A program made the position numbers and the translations under genes. A stretch of 64,000 nt of DNA from Gammaproteobacteria bacterium (lineage in GTDB: Bacteria > Pseudomonadota > Gammaproteobacteria > UBA4575). Location of the stretch: NCBI GenBank assembly GCA_965222615.1, contig CBDCUI010000009.1, positions 64,001 to 128,000 of the forward strand. The letters are read 5' to 3'. Below are positions 28,757 through 38,832 of this stretch, in pieces. Each line of letters opens with the position of its first letter. Within the stretch, counting starts at the first letter, position 1. Under the pieces are notes generated by a model. That model had not been told where the DNA came from. It did not search any database and saw nothing but the letters and a program-made list of their open reading frames with translations.

Positions 28757-29374
28757 TCATATAACTTCATTCGCATGGATTATAGCCTCAGCGACATTTT
28801 GGATAGTGGTATGTTTTTGCATAGCATGTTTTCTAATAATCCGATAAGCCTCAGCTTCATTAACAGAGCGCTTGGTCATAATAATTTCTTTGGCTTTCAC
28901 TAGGGTATTAAGATTTTTTATTCGTTGTTCAAGTTTATTATTATGTTCACGAGCCTGCTGGTGTCTATTGTAGCTTCTTTGTGCAATGATAAGGCTAGAT
29001 AAAATACCAAAATTTCGAAACGGTAAACCAATAACCGCGTCGGCATTCAGTCTTAATGATGCTTCAATCGATACAGGATTTTCATAATCAAGGACCACAA
29101 CCAATGCGGCGGGTGGGTTTTTGACATCCCAATTAAATGCAACTTCTGTTTCAACAATAGGCCGCAGAGCTACCATAACGACGTCAATATCTGATGTAAT
29201 ATTTTTAGGTGGAGGCCAAGAACTAGTAATCCGGCAACCTATTCTTTCTAAGTGTTTATATAGATTTTTACTATCTCTACTACGAGGTTGAATTAGTAAT
29301 AGACGAGTGGTGCGTATATTACGGATCAGCTCAGAAACTGATCCTTTTGTATTTCTATCCCAACCACGACTCAT
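28757..29374 (-). CDS. AmiR-like ANTAR antiterminator
   Basis: Pseudo-receiver N-terminus (LERIGC..WPPP); ANTAR KAKEIIM..EAEAYRIIRKHAM. Confidence 0.88.
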   Translation of the reverse strand: MSRGWDRNTKGSVSELIRNIRTTRLLLIQPRSRDSKNLYKHLERIGCRITSSWPPPKNITSDIDVVMVALRPIVETEVAFNWDVKNPPAALVVVLDYENPVSIEASLRLNADAVIGLPFRNFGILSSLIIAQRSYNRHQQAREHNNKLEQRIKNLNTLVKAKEIIMTKRSVNEAEAYRIIRKHAMQKHTTIQNVAEAIIHANEVI

Positions 29375-30516
29375 TGATGATTTGCTAACCTTAACCCCAT
29401 TTCCAAATTTTGTCTGGAGTGGTCAACTAAATAGGGATCTGGTTTTATAGGCTTGTTTGATTGAGCTATTATTTTGTAGTCGCCATGCGGATTAATTTTT
29501 GCAATCCTTGACCATAGGTATGCATGATGAGTTTCAGAATCAATCCGGATGGTACCTTGAGGTGCATTGATTTCTATTTCTGGAATAGCGCTTCTAAGTA
29601 TCGCTGTATCCAGGCTATTTGTATGTGCAAGGGCCTTAGCAAATAAATGAAATTGAAAATAAGCAGCCTCACAACACATGCTTGTACGTTGGTGTTGTCC
29701 GAATTTTTCACGATAGTTTTTTGTAAATAAATTATTAGCTTTACTATCAATAGACTCAAAATATGTCGCAGCACCGATATGTCCGCTGGCAACAGAATAC
29801 CCCATCTGTTCAATTTCAGCTTCAGATGTTACAACGCTCGCAATAGGGAGTTCAGTCGGGTCAAGGCCTATGCGGTTATATGCTTCATAAAAGCTTATAA
29901 TCGATTGCCCTACTAAAATTGAAAAAATTATATCTGGTTTATTTTTTGCGATATCTTCGATTGTTTTTGAGATTTCTTGCTCGCTAGCATTTAGCGAGTG
30001 ATACTTTTCATTTAGGATAGTACCACCACTTTCTGTGACTAGATCAAAAACTATTCTGTGTGATTCGTAAGGAAAAATATAATTTGAGCCTACCAGATAA
30101 AACCTTTTCCCATAGTTTTTGAGTAAATAATCCGTCAACCAAACGCTGTATTGATTAGGACAAGCACCTGTATAAAAGACGTTTTCAGAAAATTCAAATC
30201 CTTCATAGAAAGTCGGATAAAATAGCAAAGCATTGTTTTGTTCAATAACTGGCAACATCGCCTTGCGACTGGCTGATGTATAACCACCGAAAATAACATT
30301 TACACCATCATTATTAACTAACCGTTCAGCTAAATCATGATAATTTTCAGGATCAGAAGCTGGGTCATAAATAACAGGTTCAACCTCTCTCCCGGCGATT
30401 CCACCAGCTGCATTAACTTCTTCAATAGCAAGCAGGGTTCCGTTTAACAGTGTTTGTTCAGAAACAACGGTACAACCAGACTTAGAGAATAGAACACCGA
30501 TGCGCCAAGGTTGCAT
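29371..30516 (-). CDS. AmiC-like cytoplasmic amide/urea sensor (PBP fold, no signal peptide)
   Basis: IGVLFSKSG, GGYTSASRKA, YEGFE and GSNYIFP; overlaps amiR. Confidence 0.85.
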   Translation of the reverse strand: MQPWRIGVLFSKSGCTVVSEQTLLNGTLLAIEEVNAAGGIAGREVEPVIYDPASDPENYHDLAERLVNNDGVNVIFGGYTSASRKAMLPVIEQNNALLFYPTFYEGFEFSENVFYTGACPNQYSVWLTDYLLKNYGKRFYLVGSNYIFPYESHRIVFDLVTESGGTILNEKYHSLNASEQEISKTIEDIAKNKPDIIFSILVGQSIISFYEAYNRIGLDPTELPIASVVTSEAEIEQMGYSVASGHIGAATYFESIDSKANNLFTKNYREKFGQHQRTSMCCEAAYFQFHLFAKALAHTNSLDTAILRSAIPEIEINAPQGTIRIDSETHHAYLWSRIAKINPHGDYKIIAQSNKPIKPDPYLVDHSRQNLEMGLRLANHQ

Positions 30517-30921
30517 GCTAATTTCGACTATTAATAAATAAAATGTGTAAGGTCACATAGTAACGAAAGCTTAAGATATTCGCTACCAAAGATAGAGTAA
30601 AAATATCATTTGTTGGTTTGTTCTAGGAGCGTTAGCCGCCGAAACCCATAAAAAAACTCAGGAAACTATACCTATAGGAAAGTATTAAGTTTTTGGTAAA
30701 AATTAACTTACTTCGCAGCATTTTTTAAAGATGATCAACCACAGTGTATTAATATGTTTTATTCAGGTTTTTTAACTTTATTAATCCTAAAGTAGTAGTC
30801 CCTTCCTTAATTAAAAAACATAAATTAGCTAGTACATAATTGTAAAGATAATGTTTCTAATTTACTTTAGATGAGTGATTTGAGATAGAATTATTCATAT
30901 AAAAATTATTAGGATAGGCTC

Positions 30922-31830
30922 ATGTGTGGGATTGCCGGCATTATGCTGAAGGACTCATCCAACTTTAAGACAGGTGAGGCTTTGGTGAATATGCTGAACG
31001 GCTGTCAACACCGTGGCCCAGATTCTACTGGTTTCGCTTTATATAGCGACTCGCATGAAAATACATTAAAACTAAGACTATTAGTAGGTAAAGGTGAAAT
31101 AGGGACTGCAGCGATTACCAGAATTAAAAAACTGCTGCAAGAATATGACGCATCCATTATAGATGAGGAGCATATTGGAGAAACCTATCGCGGAACAGTT
31201 AAATACTCAGGTGATATTCAAAAATTTTCTTACGCACTTGAACACGCCGCAAAAGTTGTTTCTATCGGAAATAGCCTGGAGATTATTAAAGATGTAGGCA
31301 GTGCAGAAGATGTAGACGAACGTTATGACATACATAAATATACGGGCTCACATGGTTTAGGACATGTACGGTTAGCAACGGAATCAGATGTGAAGCCTGA
31401 GGCTGCACATCCTTTTTGGGCCACCGGGTTTGCAGATGTTGCCATTGTACACAATGGGCAAATCACAAATTACTGGAAAATGCGCAGACGTCTTGAACAA
31501 CGTGGTTATGAATTTCGTACAGATAACGATAGTGAGCTAATCGCTGTTTATCTTGCGGATAAACTATCTCAAGGTATTGCATTAAAAGAAGCGCTTAAGA
31601 CTTCTATTGATGACCTGGATGGTACATTTTCATTCCTTGTTTCTACAAAAGATGAAATCGGTTATGCAAAAGATCGCTTGGCAGTCAAGCCTATGGTTAT
31701 GTATGAAACGGATGATTTAGTTGCGGTGGCATCTGAGGAAGTCTCGCTTAATAGATTATTTCCAGGACAAGCACTTAATACTAAAGAACCACCACCAGGA
31801 ACTTATAACACATGGTCACGATCGATCTAG
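30922..31830 (+). CDS. Class II glutamine amidotransferase (GlxB/MgsA-like)
   Basis: MCGIAG, HRGPDS, GHVRLAT, VHNGQITN and DSE. Confidence 0.85.
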   Translation: MCGIAGIMLKDSSNFKTGEALVNMLNGCQHRGPDSTGFALYSDSHENTLKLRLLVGKGEIGTAAITRIKKLLQEYDASIIDEEHIGETYRGTVKYSGDIQKFSYALEHAAKVVSIGNSLEIIKDVGSAEDVDERYDIHKYTGSHGLGHVRLATESDVKPEAAHPFWATGFADVAIVHNGQITNYWKMRRRLEQRGYEFRTDNDSELIAVYLADKLSQGIALKEALKTSIDDLDGTFSFLVSTKDEIGYAKDRLAVKPMVMYETDDLVAVASEEVSLNRLFPGQALNTKEPPPGTYNTWSRSI

Positions 31831-33779
31831 GCAAAACTTCCGTTAGAGAAGGTAACGAACAAATTCGGCAATGCGGTCAGAATGGGGAAAATGTTGAAGT
31901 CATCAATCCAGATGCGCGTCATCATATCGGCGTAGGTTTAATTCACCCCATTAATGTAAAAGTACGAGGTTCTGCAGGTTATTTCTGTGCAGGATTAAGT
32001 GATGCTGCGCATTTTGAAATAGAAAGCAACGTTGGTTGGGGTGTTGGCGATAATATGTATTCCGGTTCTGTAGTTGTAGGAGGTAACGCAGGCGCAATAC
32101 CTGGCGTTGCTATTCGCGGCGCTGAAATTGTTGTCCGTGGAAACATGGGTTCACGTGCGGGTCAGGTGATGAAAGCAGGGACGTTATGTTGTGCAGGCAA
32201 TGCAAACTTTATGGCCGGTTATATGATGTATGGTGGTCGCATTATCATCTTGGGGAATTCAGGAGAGAAAGTCGGCGAGGATATGTCTGCAGGTGAAATA
32301 TTTATTGGTGGGAAAGTTGAAAACTTAGGTTCTGATGCAGAGTTAACTGACATAGACAGCGCTGAAATAGATGATGTAATGGAATTTCTAGAGCGTTATA
32401 AAATATCGTTCAAAGGGAATTTTCAAAAAGTAGTTAATGCGGGTAAGAAATTACGCTACGCAACTTCTGAACAACAAATGCGTAGTATCCCGTTTTATTC
32501 ATTCTCAGGAACTTCCGATTACTGGAATCCTAAAATACAAGAAGACTTATACGTTAAATCTCAAATAGGGCGTTATCGAATCCGTGGATATGGTGGTGCA
32601 AGACCATTGCCTCATTTTTCAGACATTACTTTTAAAAAAGATCTGTCCCTTGCTGGCAACGAGATAGATGTAGTTTCCAAAATAAAAATGCGCACTGAAA
32701 TTGGCGGTATTAATGGCGCCGATCCACTTAAATTAAGTATGCCAGTGATGATCGCGCCTATGAGTTATGGTGCACTGAGTGCCTCTACCAAAAGAGCAAT
32801 TGGACTTGCTTCTACACTTTCTGATATCGCCGAAAATACTGGTGAAGGGGGCATGAGTGATGCCCAACGTGATGCTGCCAAACAGCTGATATTTCAAATG
32901 CTTGGTGGACGACTGGGTTGGAATATTCACGATATGAATCGTGCCGATGGTTTAGAAATTTACATATCACAAGGGGCGAAACCTGGTTTAGGTGGGCAAT
33001 TAATGGCGAAAAAAGTCACGCCTGAACTTGCCAAAATTAGAGGTATTCCGCCCGGTATCGATTTGCGTTCACCTTCTAGACACCCCGATATCTTAGGTGC
33101 AGATGATCTGGTAATTAAAGTCGAAGAGTTGCGTGAGGCAACCGGTTACCGATTGCCTGTCAGCATTAAGCTGGGTGCTGGCCGAGTTCGTGACGATATA
33201 AAAATTGCCGTTAAAGATGGTTTTGACTTTGTCGAATTGGATGGAATGCAAGGTTCTACCGGTGCTGGAAGTGCAGAAGTCATTGACTATGTAGGGGTCC
33301 CAACTTTACCGGCAATTATCGAAGCGCTTGATGCCTTAAAAGAAATTGGTAGGCGTGATGATATTCAGATTGTCCTAATGGGTGGAATCCGTGATGGTGT
33401 AGATGCGGTAAAAGCATTGTGTTTAGGTGCCGATGCAGTAGCTTTGGGTACATCAACCATCATTGCTGGTGGTTGTATTGCATGTATGCAATGTCATGTA
33501 GGTCAATGTGTGACAGGGATTGCAACCCAAGATCCTGAGCACGAAAAACGTTATGAACCTGAAGTCGAAGCGAAGAATATTCATCGCTTCTTAGAAAGTG
33601 TACGTTGGCAGATTGCTGCAATTGCAAATGAACTGGGGTATGACGATGTTACTCAATTTAATCGCAACGACTTAGTGGCACTAACACCGGAAGCTGCTGA
33701 TATGACTGGTTTACCTTATGAGCCTCAATATGGTCGTGCAGATATTGATATCGATATCAAAGTGAGGGCTGCAGTATGA
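31812..33779 (+). CDS. GXGXG domain fused to FMN-binding glutamate synthase domain (GlxC-GlxD / MgsB-MgsC-like)
   Basis: Gly-rich beta-helix; APMSYGALS, NTGEGG, SQGAKPGLGG and CIACMQCHVGQCVTGIATQ. Confidence 0.88.
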   Translation: MVTIDLGKTSVREGNEQIRQCGQNGENVEVINPDARHHIGVGLIHPINVKVRGSAGYFCAGLSDAAHFEIESNVGWGVGDNMYSGSVVVGGNAGAIPGVAIRGAEIVVRGNMGSRAGQVMKAGTLCCAGNANFMAGYMMYGGRIIILGNSGEKVGEDMSAGEIFIGGKVENLGSDAELTDIDSAEIDDVMEFLERYKISFKGNFQKVVNAGKKLRYATSEQQMRSIPFYSFSGTSDYWNPKIQEDLYVKSQIGRYRIRGYGGARPLPHFSDITFKKDLSLAGNEIDVVSKIKMRTEIGGINGADPLKLSMPVMIAPMSYGALSASTKRAIGLASTLSDIAENTGEGGMSDAQRDAAKQLIFQMLGGRLGWNIHDMNRADGLEIYISQGAKPGLGGQLMAKKVTPELAKIRGIPPGIDLRSPSRHPDILGADDLVIKVEELREATGYRLPVSIKLGAGRVRDDIKIAVKDGFDFVELDGMQGSTGAGSAEVIDYVGVPTLPAIIEALDALKEIGRRDDIQIVLMGGIRDGVDAVKALCLGADAVALGTSTIIAGGCIACMQCHVGQCVTGIATQDPEHEKRYEPEVEAKNIHRFLESVRWQIAAIANELGYDDVTQFNRNDLVALTPEAADMTGLPYEPQYGRADIDIDIKVRAAV

Positions 33780-36304
33780 GTACAGTCTACGATAGCAATA
33801 GAATTTTAATGCCTGAAGTCCCGCCTGATTATGAAGACCATACAGCTGATGTTAATTATGTGCCTGCACCATGTCAGGTTGCATGTCCAATTGGAACCGA
33901 CGCACCTTCATACATAGGTTATATTTGGGAAGGTAAATTTGATGAAGCCTTTGAAGCGATAATTGCAACCAATCCTTTCAGCTCTATTTGTGGTCGTGTG
34001 TGTGATGCACCTTGTGAACCTGCTTGTCGGCGTACAGACAGTGATGGGCCATTACAAATTCGCAATTTAAAACGCTTCGTAATGGATAAACTAGGCGCAA
34101 CTTATGAGCCTAAGCCTGTTGAAGTTACACAATCAAAAACAATAGGTATTGTCGGTTCTGGTCCTGCTGGACTTACTGCTGCACATGAATTATGCGTTGC
34201 TGGATTTGAAGTGCATATATATGAAATGACAGATCGCCTTGGTGGCATGATGATTTGGGGGATACCTGCATTTAGGTTACCCGCAGGCATTATTGAAGAA
34301 GATATTAACCGTCTACTTAAAAAGTGCCCGGGCTTGCACATTCATTTGAACACTGGGCTTGGAAAGGAAATTTCTTTAGATGAATTAAAATCTAAACACG
34401 ATGCAGTTTTGTTAACCATTGGCTCTTGGTGGGGGAAGCCTATGGGAATTCCTGGCGAAGAAAATAATGAGAATGTTATCGATGGGGTAAGTTTTTTACG
34501 GCGCGTCAATGCAGGTGAACGACCTACATTACCAGAGACGGTGGTAGTAGTAGGGGGTGGAGACGTTGCCATGGACGCATGTCGTGCTGCCTTGCGATTA
34601 CCTGGATGCAAAAACGTAAAAGTTATCTATCGGCGTGGACCTGATGAAATCCCAGCACGAAAAATTGAACTTGAAGGTGCCATAGAAGAAGGGATTGAAT
34701 TTATTTATTTCACACAACAAGTAGCTGTTAACCAAAAAGATAATAAATTATTTCTTCAATGTGTAAAAACTGAGTTAAGTGAAGAGGATGAAGACGGGCG
34801 TCGCCTACCCAAAACAGTAAATGGCAGCGAGCACGATATTGAATGCGGTATGATCATTGCGGCTGTTGGGCAAAAAGGTGAATGTGATGAGCTAGCAAAA
34901 AATAAGCTAATGGATACCGATCGTGTTCACACAGATTGGGACACTATGCGTACTCAAGATAAAAAAGTTTTTGCTGCAGGCGATGGTGCATTTGGAGGAT
35001 CTACTATTGTAATGGCTATGCATCATGGGCAACGCGCTGCTTACTATATAAACTCATTTTTAAACGGAAATCACAATCCGATCCCATACAGAACACCCTA
35101 CCGAACGCGTAGAGTCCCAGTCGCACAAGATATTAAATGGGAAAAATTCAATCCTCATCATCCTGAGTTTTTTGGGGTAGGGGATGATCCTGTCAGTTTT
35201 CCTGAAATAGAGGCTACATATGATTGGGAAACCGCACGGAATGAAGCTGCACGCTGTTATCGTTGTGATGCGGAGACCGGTTCGCCTGATTACTCTGTAG
35301 CGCATCGCGAAGATATTTTTTCCATGGCACGCACAAATCCTGCAGATCATATGAAGCTAAAATCCATGTTGCAAAAGAGATTACGGACGCGTAGTAACCC
35401 GTTCCCAGAAAATCGAGCACCAAATTTGGATGATATTGTGTTTCTACCTGCGAATTTATCCAGATTAGTGATTGATCCTTATCGAGAGGCATGCAATGTA
35501 GTTACAGATCTTGCTAATAAATTACATTTAGAACATCCCTTTCTAATTACTGGCTTTGATAATGAGCCACAAGAGATTTTTGCAGCGGTATGTGAAGGTT
35601 GTACCTTATCCGATACAGCCTATTTTGGACGCAAGAATCCTGGTAATGAGGTGAGCTGGTTACAATTAAGTTCATCTTTGTCGGAACAAACATCAAATGC
35701 AGCCGCTTATGTTTATCATTTAAATAAAGATGAGGAACCTATTGCACTTGTCCCTGCTAGCGACCAACAACTTGTAGGATTTGCCGTTTCTTCTCGCCAC
35801 AATCTGGAGCAAGTAATAACTCGTTCCTTAGAGGATAAACATGACATTCTGGTATTAGATGCGACTGGAAGCCTCGATTCCAATTGGTCAGAGCTTACCG
35901 CTGTGCCTGATTTTTGTATCTTGCGAGATGCGATCCATATATTGCGCGCTATGAAGAAAGAGGAAATGATTGAGCTTGTTTATTTTGGTGGTGTGCGATC
36001 CGGTACGGATACCGCAAAATTAATCGGCCTAGGTGCGAACGCAGTTGTTATGGGTGTTTGTGTTGGACTTGCTATGGGTGGTGAAATTCATGATGGCAAG
36101 GTTGTATTTAGCTCAAATTATTCTAACGCTGATCGTGTTCAAGGTTTAATAAATATTGTTAAAGCCAATTTAGGGGAGGCGTCTATGATGGCACGTTGTA
36201 CCGGTAAGACTAATTTATATAATATAGAACCTGAAGATTTAAGCGCAATTACAAGGGCAACATCCACGGTTACTGGAATTCCGATACCTGGAAAGTGTGC
36301 CTAA
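33776..36304 (+). CDS. GltD-like Fe-S flavoprotein fused to a degenerate glutamate synthase FMN barrel
   Basis: PCQVACP, CGRVCDAPCEPAC, GSGPAG, GGGDVAMD and RCYRC; C-terminal GGVRSGTDTAKLIGLGA with no 3Fe-4S Cys. Confidence 0.8.
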   Translation: MSTVYDSNRILMPEVPPDYEDHTADVNYVPAPCQVACPIGTDAPSYIGYIWEGKFDEAFEAIIATNPFSSICGRVCDAPCEPACRRTDSDGPLQIRNLKRFVMDKLGATYEPKPVEVTQSKTIGIVGSGPAGLTAAHELCVAGFEVHIYEMTDRLGGMMIWGIPAFRLPAGIIEEDINRLLKKCPGLHIHLNTGLGKEISLDELKSKHDAVLLTIGSWWGKPMGIPGEENNENVIDGVSFLRRVNAGERPTLPETVVVVGGGDVAMDACRAALRLPGCKNVKVIYRRGPDEIPARKIELEGAIEEGIEFIYFTQQVAVNQKDNKLFLQCVKTELSEEDEDGRRLPKTVNGSEHDIECGMIIAAVGQKGECDELAKNKLMDTDRVHTDWDTMRTQDKKVFAAGDGAFGGSTIVMAMHHGQRAAYYINSFLNGNHNPIPYRTPYRTRRVPVAQDIKWEKFNPHHPEFFGVGDDPVSFPEIEATYDWETARNEAARCYRCDAETGSPDYSVAHREDIFSMARTNPADHMKLKSMLQKRLRTRSNPFPENRAPNLDDIVFLPANLSRLVIDPYREACNVVTDLANKLHLEHPFLITGFDNEPQEIFAAVCEGCTLSDTAYFGRKNPGNEVSWLQLSSSLSEQTSNAAAYVYHLNKDEEPIALVPASDQQLVGFAVSSRHNLEQVITRSLEDKHDILVLDATGSLDSNWSELTAVPDFCILRDAIHILRAMKKEEMIELVYFGGVRSGTDTAKLIGLGANAVVMGVCVGLAMGGEIHDGKVVFSSNYSNADRVQGLINIVKANLGEASMMARCTGKTNLYNIEPEDLSAITRATSTVTGIPIPGKCA

Positions 36305-36400
36305 TTGAATCAAAAATAGTTCAAGTAAAAACTGATTGCTTAATCGACGACGTTGCAAAAGATTAGTTTTAAGTCAAAACCAAGTCGTATCTTTGTAAGT

Positions 36401-37108
36401 TTATAATAATAAGACAATTCGACTTTCGTACGCCAATAGACTCCCCAATACGATTGTTGTGAGACCAATGGCAAGATGAAATCCATTATGTAACCAGGTT
36501 AATCCTCTACTTGAGTAACGTAATGGTATGGAAATAACCACAGACAGTAGAGCCATGCCAACAATAGACCCAAGACCGAAAAGTGTCATGTACAAAAGTC
36601 CTATTATTGGGGACTTTACCGATTCCATAGTCAATAGTATCAATACTGCAGAACCTGCCATGCCATGCATAAGACCTACAAATAATGCACGAAATGGAAA
36701 AGCATTTGTATGTTCATGTTGGTGGTTCTCAAGACGGTGTTCTTTTTCACCGCGGTGGGAATGAGCATGAAAATGTTCTTGTCCGTCTTTGTGTTTATGG
36801 ATATGAAAATGAACTTTGTCTTTCAATAAACGCCTCAATACGTCGACACCAAGAACAATCAACATTAAGCCAACAACAAGTTCTAAACCTAGTGCAATAC
36901 GTTCTGGTACCATACTATCCATTACTATGACTATTGAACCAAAAAGAAATAGGGTTACAGTATGTCCAAGTCCCCATACGGTACCTTGTTTAATAGAGTT
37001 TGTTAATGAGCTGTTTTTGGTAACTAATGACGCCACTGCAGCAACATGGTCTGCCTCAAGTGCATGACGCATACCAATTAGAAATCCCAAAAATAATATG
37101 CTGAACAT
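36401..37108 (-). CDS. Nickel/cobalt transporter (NiCoT/UreH-like)
   Basis: RHALEADHVAAV, WGLGH, His-rich loop and GLMHGMAGS. Confidence 0.85.
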   Translation of the reverse strand: MFSILFLGFLIGMRHALEADHVAAVASLVTKNSSLTNSIKQGTVWGLGHTVTLFLFGSIVIVMDSMVPERIALGLELVVGLMLIVLGVDVLRRLLKDKVHFHIHKHKDGQEHFHAHSHRGEKEHRLENHQHEHTNAFPFRALFVGLMHGMAGSAVLILLTMESVKSPIIGLLYMTLFGLGSIVGMALLSVVISIPLRYSSRGLTWLHNGFHLAIGLTTIVLGSLLAYESRIVLLL

Positions 37109-37920
37109 TATGCGGTAGCTCGATTATTGTTATTCAGTTGAAGTTGTTCTTGTAACCATTGATACCAGATTTCCATACCTTCGCCTGAAGTGGCGGATAT
37201 TTTAAACACTTTTATATCTGGGTTCACTGTACGTGCGTAGTTTATACATACATCAACATCAAATGAAACATAAGGCAGTAAATCGACTTTATTTAAAATC
37301 ATAACATCCGCTGCTCGAAACATGTGCGGGTATTTTACGGGTTTATCTTCGCCTTCAGTGACCGATAATATCGCGATTTTATGTTTTTCACCTAAATCAA
37401 ATAGAGCCGGGCATACTAAGTTGCCAACGTTTTCTATCATGACTACAGAGTTCAGAGGGGGTTGTAATCCCTTAAGTCCTTTTGCCAGCATATCTGCTTC
37501 TAAGTGACAACCTGTGCCCGTATTGATCTGTACGACATTACAGCCTGTCTCCTTAATGCGTTTTGCATCGTTTAACGTTTCTTGATCACCTTCGATCACG
37601 TTTATCGGTAAGTCATTTTTAAGATCACGAATTGTTCGTTCAAGGAAAGTGGTTTTACCTGAGCCAGGCGAGCTGACAAGATTGAGTGCAAGTATGTTCC
37701 TTCCTTCAAACCAGCCACGATTTTTTTCGGCGAGTAAATTATTTTTAGCAAGAATCTCTTCTTCTAATTGAATGGTACTGCCATGCATCTCAGCATGAGT
37801 ATGCTGATGGTCGTGTTCATGAGTATGCTCATGATGATGTTCAATCAGTGCGACTTCATCAGTTTCAAGATTGGTAACCTTTGCTTTAGCATTATCTGAA
37901 CATCCACAAGTTGTACACAT
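37108..37920 (-). CDS. hypB: Hydrogenase nickel GTPase HypB
   Basis: MCTTCGC, His tract, SPGSGKT, CHL and ENVGNLVCP. Confidence 0.97.
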   Translation of the reverse strand: MCTTCGCSDNAKAKVTNLETDEVALIEHHHEHTHEHDHQHTHAEMHGSTIQLEEEILAKNNLLAEKNRGWFEGRNILALNLVSSPGSGKTTFLERTIRDLKNDLPINVIEGDQETLNDAKRIKETGCNVVQINTGTGCHLEADMLAKGLKGLQPPLNSVVMIENVGNLVCPALFDLGEKHKIAILSVTEGEDKPVKYPHMFRAADVMILNKVDLLPYVSFDVDVCINYARTVNPDIKVFKISATSGEGMEIWYQWLQEQLQLNNNNRATA

Positions 37921-38249
37921 TAGTACACCTCCATTTCTTTAATTTTCATTTCCTCACCGGCGATACACTTGATATGGCTACTGCCGCATTCACATTGTCC
38001 AAACAACTGATTTAATTCCAATTCTGTGCCACATTCTTCACAGCGACCTTTTCCAGGAATTTCATCGATAATCAACGTGGCTCCCTCAAGCTGTGTATTT
38101 TTACTGCATATATCAAAACAAAAACGAATTGCATCAGGCATGATTGCCGAAAGTGTTCCAATTTCTAAAGATACCCGCTTGACTTTATTACTGCCCGCAT
38201 GCTCATTGACAATTGCAACTATGTTACGAGTGATGCCTAGTTCATGCAT
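37920..38249 (-). CDS. hypA: Hydrogenase nickel metallochaperone HypA
   Basis: MHELGI start at 38249; CEEC and CECG. Confidence 0.95.
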   Translation of the reverse strand: MHELGITRNIVAIVNEHAGSNKVKRVSLEIGTLSAIMPDAIRFCFDICSKNTQLEGATLIIDEIPGKGRCEECGTELELNQLFGQCECGSSHIKCIAGEEMKIKEMEVY

Positions 38250-38832
38250 TGGGAAGCTCTCCAAGTGAAAGAGGTTTAGATAAGTGCATCATGCTAAAAG
38301 CGGATTGAAGAGATAATAACCACAGTTTTGTGCTCAATTCAGTTTTAAATGCATTAAATGCTTCTTTATCTTGAGGAGTTTCCTTAGCAGTATTGAGTCG
38401 GTCCAATAATTCATAAAATGAGTTCGGGACAAATCCAGAACGTAAATTTATCTTTACTGCAGAACAACCGTTGCTCACCCACCATTCAAATTTCATATCT
38501 CGGCTACAGCCTATAGCATCAGCAACTTCCGGTGTTAAGCGGAATCGTTTTTTAGTAACGCAACAAGTGACAAAATCGATTGCATCCAACACACCTGGAC
38601 CCGGGTGTGCACTTACGATATATAAATTATCTCGATCCCAGATCGATTGTTGTGATAAAGCTTCAGCGGCCATTTGCATGGCGCGAAAACCTACAGTACA
38701 ACCCCACCATGAATCACCAGAATGAAAGTCTTCAAGATCGGAGTAATGTACAGTAATTACTTTACCTTGGTCTGCAATTTTTATCTCACGGCTTTCTTGC
38801 ATGGTTTTTAAATTAGCTAAGTTCATTAACAA
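38242..38832 (-). CDS. FmdE-like hypothetical protein
   Basis: FHSG....C.VGFRAM and HPGPGVLDAI; located between hypE and hypA. Confidence 0.5.
   Translation of the reverse strand: MLMNLANLKTMQESREIKIADQGKVITVHYSDLEDFHSGDSWWGCTVGFRAMQMAAEALSQQSIWDRDNLYIVSAHPGPGVLDAIDFVTCCVTKKRFRLTPEVADAIGCSRDMKFEWWVSNGCSAVKINLRSGFVPNSFYELLDRLNTAKETPQDKEAFNAFKTELSTKLWLLSLQSAFSMMHLSKPLSLGELPNA

Noticed and set aside
29371-30516. UrtA periplasmic urea transporter subunit
   Set aside because: No signal peptide, no urtBCDE, and coupled to an ANTAR gene
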